This document shows, piece after piece, positions 61,298-64,000 of a stretch of 64,000 nucleotides of DNA. The stretch is from Chrysomallon squamiferum (Eukaryota > Animalia > Mollusca). The stretch spans positions 3,162,001 through 3,226,000 of the forward strand of contig CM022674.1 in the NCBI GenBank assembly GCA_012295275.1, in the 5' to 3' direction. The notes beneath the pieces are model-generated. The model ran no database searches and was not told the origin of the DNA. It saw nothing but the letters and a program-made list of their open reading frames with translations. Both the position numbers and the translations under genes were made by a program. Every line of letters starts with the position of its first letter. The stretch's first letter is position 1.

Positions 61298-61906
61298 TAT
61301 AACGCAGTTTCTATATTTGTGTACTGTATGTATTATAATGAGATAAACAAGATAAGGGAGATTTCCTGTACACGAAGGTCAGATGTAAGCTGATATTCAC
61401 GGGAAAACTTCAACACTTAAAACAATTTTTTTTTTTTTTTTTTTTTTTTTTACTGACACTAAACGTACCCATCATGCGTGTCACGTAGGTATTTTCTTAC
61501 CTGTCCGTTCGGTGTGATTAGCTGATTGCCTGTGTATCTGATATATAGACAGGTAAATATTGTCTTATGGTCAGGTGTTGCTTACCTGTCTGCGACGTCG
61601 GAGGTGAGGTCCAGGACGGGCGTGCTCGACCGAAGCATGTCAGAAATACCCCCAAGCCCCGCGTGTGTTAATTTACCTGTCTGGTAATTGAAGATTATTT
61701 CATTGTATACATCTGTACCTGTGACTGGGTGAGGAACGAGAATGAATTCGGGATCACTGGTTTCTGATCTGTTGTTTTTTTAATGAGTAAGTGGACGTGA
61801 TGAACTTGGTACGATGATCCTGCGGATTAGGATTATCTGATAATTAATCGTAATTCGTTGTCTTTAATTGGAAGTCGTGATTAACGATTAGTTGTGCTGC
61901 GCAGAC

Positions 61907-62007
<101 letters not shown>

Positions 62008-62106
62008 CAGAGAGAGGGGGGTAGAGAGAGAGAGAGAGAATGTTTTCAAAATGACAATATAATTTTTTATTTTTTATTCTTTGTTCGTTTTATTTCTTAT
62101 TATTTC

Positions 62107-62153
<47 letters not shown>

Positions 62154-62329
62154 CTTAAATCAGTAATTTTTTAACTTTTATATTATTATTTAATAGGAGA
62201 GGCGTACAGAAAAAAAATAATAAAATAACAAACAATAACAAATAGCCTCTAATTATTTTAAATACATAGAAGAAAGATTATTAAAAACTGTAAAAAAAAA
62301 ATAACGAGAAAAAGGTGAAAACAATAAAT

Positions 62330-62396
62330 AAAGAAAAAAAAAAAAAAAAAAAAGAAAGAAAAAAAAAAAAAAAGAAAGAAGAAAGAAAAAGAAAAG

Positions 62397-62446
<50 letters not shown>

Positions 62447-62570
62447 AAGAAAGAAAAAAAAAAACAAAACAAAAAAAAATAAAAAATAATTTAAAAAAAA
62501 AAAAAATAGAAAGAAAAAAAAAAAAAAAAAAAGAAAAAAAAAACAAGAAGAAAGAAAAGAAAAGAAGAAA
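62330..62570. repeat. Poly(A)-rich low-complexity tract directly upstream of the HES-b promoter island
   Basis: Direct reading. Confidence 0.9.
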
Positions 62571-63268
62571 TCTCCTGCACGCGGTGTGTCAACTGTGAAA
62601 TGTTTACGGTAAAAACTTTTTTTTTTGTTCACTCGACGACAATCGCCGACTCTCGTGCCGCGCGGCGGTGTTGCCCGAACTGGAGGTATTTTCCCACGAC
62701 CCGCCACAAAGGTACTCGCATTCCAGCGGACACAAGCCTCAGCCAGCGATAACACGGTCGCGGGCCAACACACAAAACCTTTGTGTTGAAGTATGTCTTA
62801 TCGCGGCTCCTGTTTATATAACAATTCGACCATTAAGAGAAATAGACGAGAGGCGGAGTTTTCCCACACCGTCCAGAAACCACAACATAATCTGACTGGC
62901 ACGTGCGGCTATTTAGCTGGCGTCCGGTTTAAGCGCTTGATTGACGTGCGCAATTAGCTACGCCGAGACACCTGGCATTCGGCCAATGAGCGCGCGCCGG
63001 GCACTTGCCTGGAGCGAGGTTCGATGAAAGCTCGCCGCCGATTGGCTAAGCGTGCTGGTATGGGACCGTGGGAACGGGCCTGAAACCGACTTCACACAAC
63101 GTGATGGCTTGCGCGCTAGGCTATAAATAGGGGTATTGAAGTAACAGGTTGCGTTAACGTTTGTGACATTCCCTTGGATAGCTGCTAGCTAGCGAACTTT
63201 GTGATCACCATTTGTGATTTTTTAAAAAATCGAACACATTTTTTTTGAAAAACTTTTTTGTTTTCAAA
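62570..63268 (+). promoter_or_regulatory. HES-b proximal promoter and 5' UTR
   Basis: TATAAA 63122-63127; CCAAT 62983 and ATTGG 63041; extra CSL sites TTCCCACG 62691 and TTCCCACA 62861; TGGCACGTGC 62897-62906; CACCTG 62969; CACAAG 62731; CACGCG 62578; CpG-rich. Confidence 0.8.
63067..63098 (+). promoter_or_regulatory. Su(H)/CSL paired site (SPS) of HES-b
   Basis: CGTGGGAA (63067-63074), 16-bp spacer, then TTCACACA (63091-63098, inverted TGTGTGAA). Same orientation, spacing and strong+weak pairing as the vertebrate Hes1 SPS. Confidence 0.88.
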
Positions 63269-63322
63269 ATGACGGACGCTATTTCGACTGGTCCACACAG
63301 GAAAGATCCATCTATTAGAAAG
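63269..63322 (+). CDS. Hes: HES-b coding exon 1: MTDAISTGPHRKDPSIRK
   Basis: caaaATG about 145 bp downstream of the TATA box. Ends AAG|gtattt in phase 0, giving [10 protein letters not shown] when joined to exon 2. Confidence 0.8.
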
Positions 63323-63746
63323 GTATTTATTGATTTTTACTTTTGTTTTTTCAAATTTTATCGACGGGCGACTGATTTCAGTTGAAATCAACAAGTGGTT
63401 GCGGGGGATTTGATGACGTATGTTGTTGTTTTCAAAAATCAAATACTGAAAATTAACATTAAGTTTATGTAAGCTGGTTTTCATTTCGTATCATTAATAA
63501 TGTTATTCTTTCTTTTATTTTTATTTTCTTCTTCTTTTATTTTTCCGCCTTAAATCTTGTGACAGTTTTGTCATCTTCTATATTTAGATCCAGCTTCCTT
63601 TTCATTTAATTGTGTGTTACCTCTTTCTTTCTTTCTTTCTTTCTTTCTGTATCTTTACAGCGTCTTCTTCTTTTCTTCTCAATGTAAACTGACATTTTAT
63701 TTATTTAACATATTGCTAATAGTGTTTTTTACCTCTCGATTTTTAG

Positions 63747-63842
63747 AATAACAAGCCATTGATGGAAAAGAAAAGACGTGCCAGAATAAACGATTGCCTG
63801 GGACAACTCAAATCTCTCGTTCTTCAAGCACTTAAGAAAGAT
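63747..63842 (+). CDS. Hes: HES-b coding exon 2: [32 protein letters not shown] (gene continues beyond the window)
   Basis: ttttag| acceptor, |gtaagt donor, 96 nt. Clear paralog of exon 16455-16550 with identical boundaries. Not in the ORF track. Confidence 0.96.
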
Positions 63843-64000
63843 GTAAGTATTAATCATTATCGTTGTGCAATTATTTGCATTGCTTAAGAAGCAGGAAAGG
63901 TCCAAAACAGAAGTATGGGGCGGGTAAACTTGTGTGATATTATTATTATTATTTTTATTTATTTATTTATTTTTTTTTTTTTTTATTTATAATTTGGTTT

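Noticed and set aside
62258-62773. 171-aa poly-Phe minus-strand ORF
   Set aside because: It is the translation of the poly(A) tract plus the HES-b promoter island.

Overview
This is AT-rich, microsatellite-saturated animal genomic DNA, not prokaryotic. The repeat style suggests an invertebrate such as a mollusc, but this is only an inference. Almost all ORFs in the track are simple-repeat artefacts. The real content is a head-to-tail pair of Hairy/Enhancer-of-split (HES) bHLH-Orange repressor genes on the + strand. HES-a (coding exons 15371-15436, 16455-16550, 19231-19318, 19926-20648) has the HES1-type 96-nt and 88-nt middle exons. Its C-terminal WRPW Groucho-binding motif is out of frame, and an exact 10-bp tandem duplication at 20281-20300 explains the shift. 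HES-b (exons 63269-63322 and 63747-63842, running off the window) has a Notch-type promoter: a Su(H)/CSL paired site with a 16-bp spacer just upstream of a TATA box. Around and between the genes, short CpG-rich unique-sequence islands sit among the microsatellites. They carry about 22 CSL sites, many CACGTG/N-box HES-type sites, a DR1 nuclear-receptor array and other homotypic motif clusters, which suggests a distributed Notch/HES-feedback regulatory landscape. A roughly 220-bp foldback and several local tandem duplications are also present. All motif counts were made by eye.
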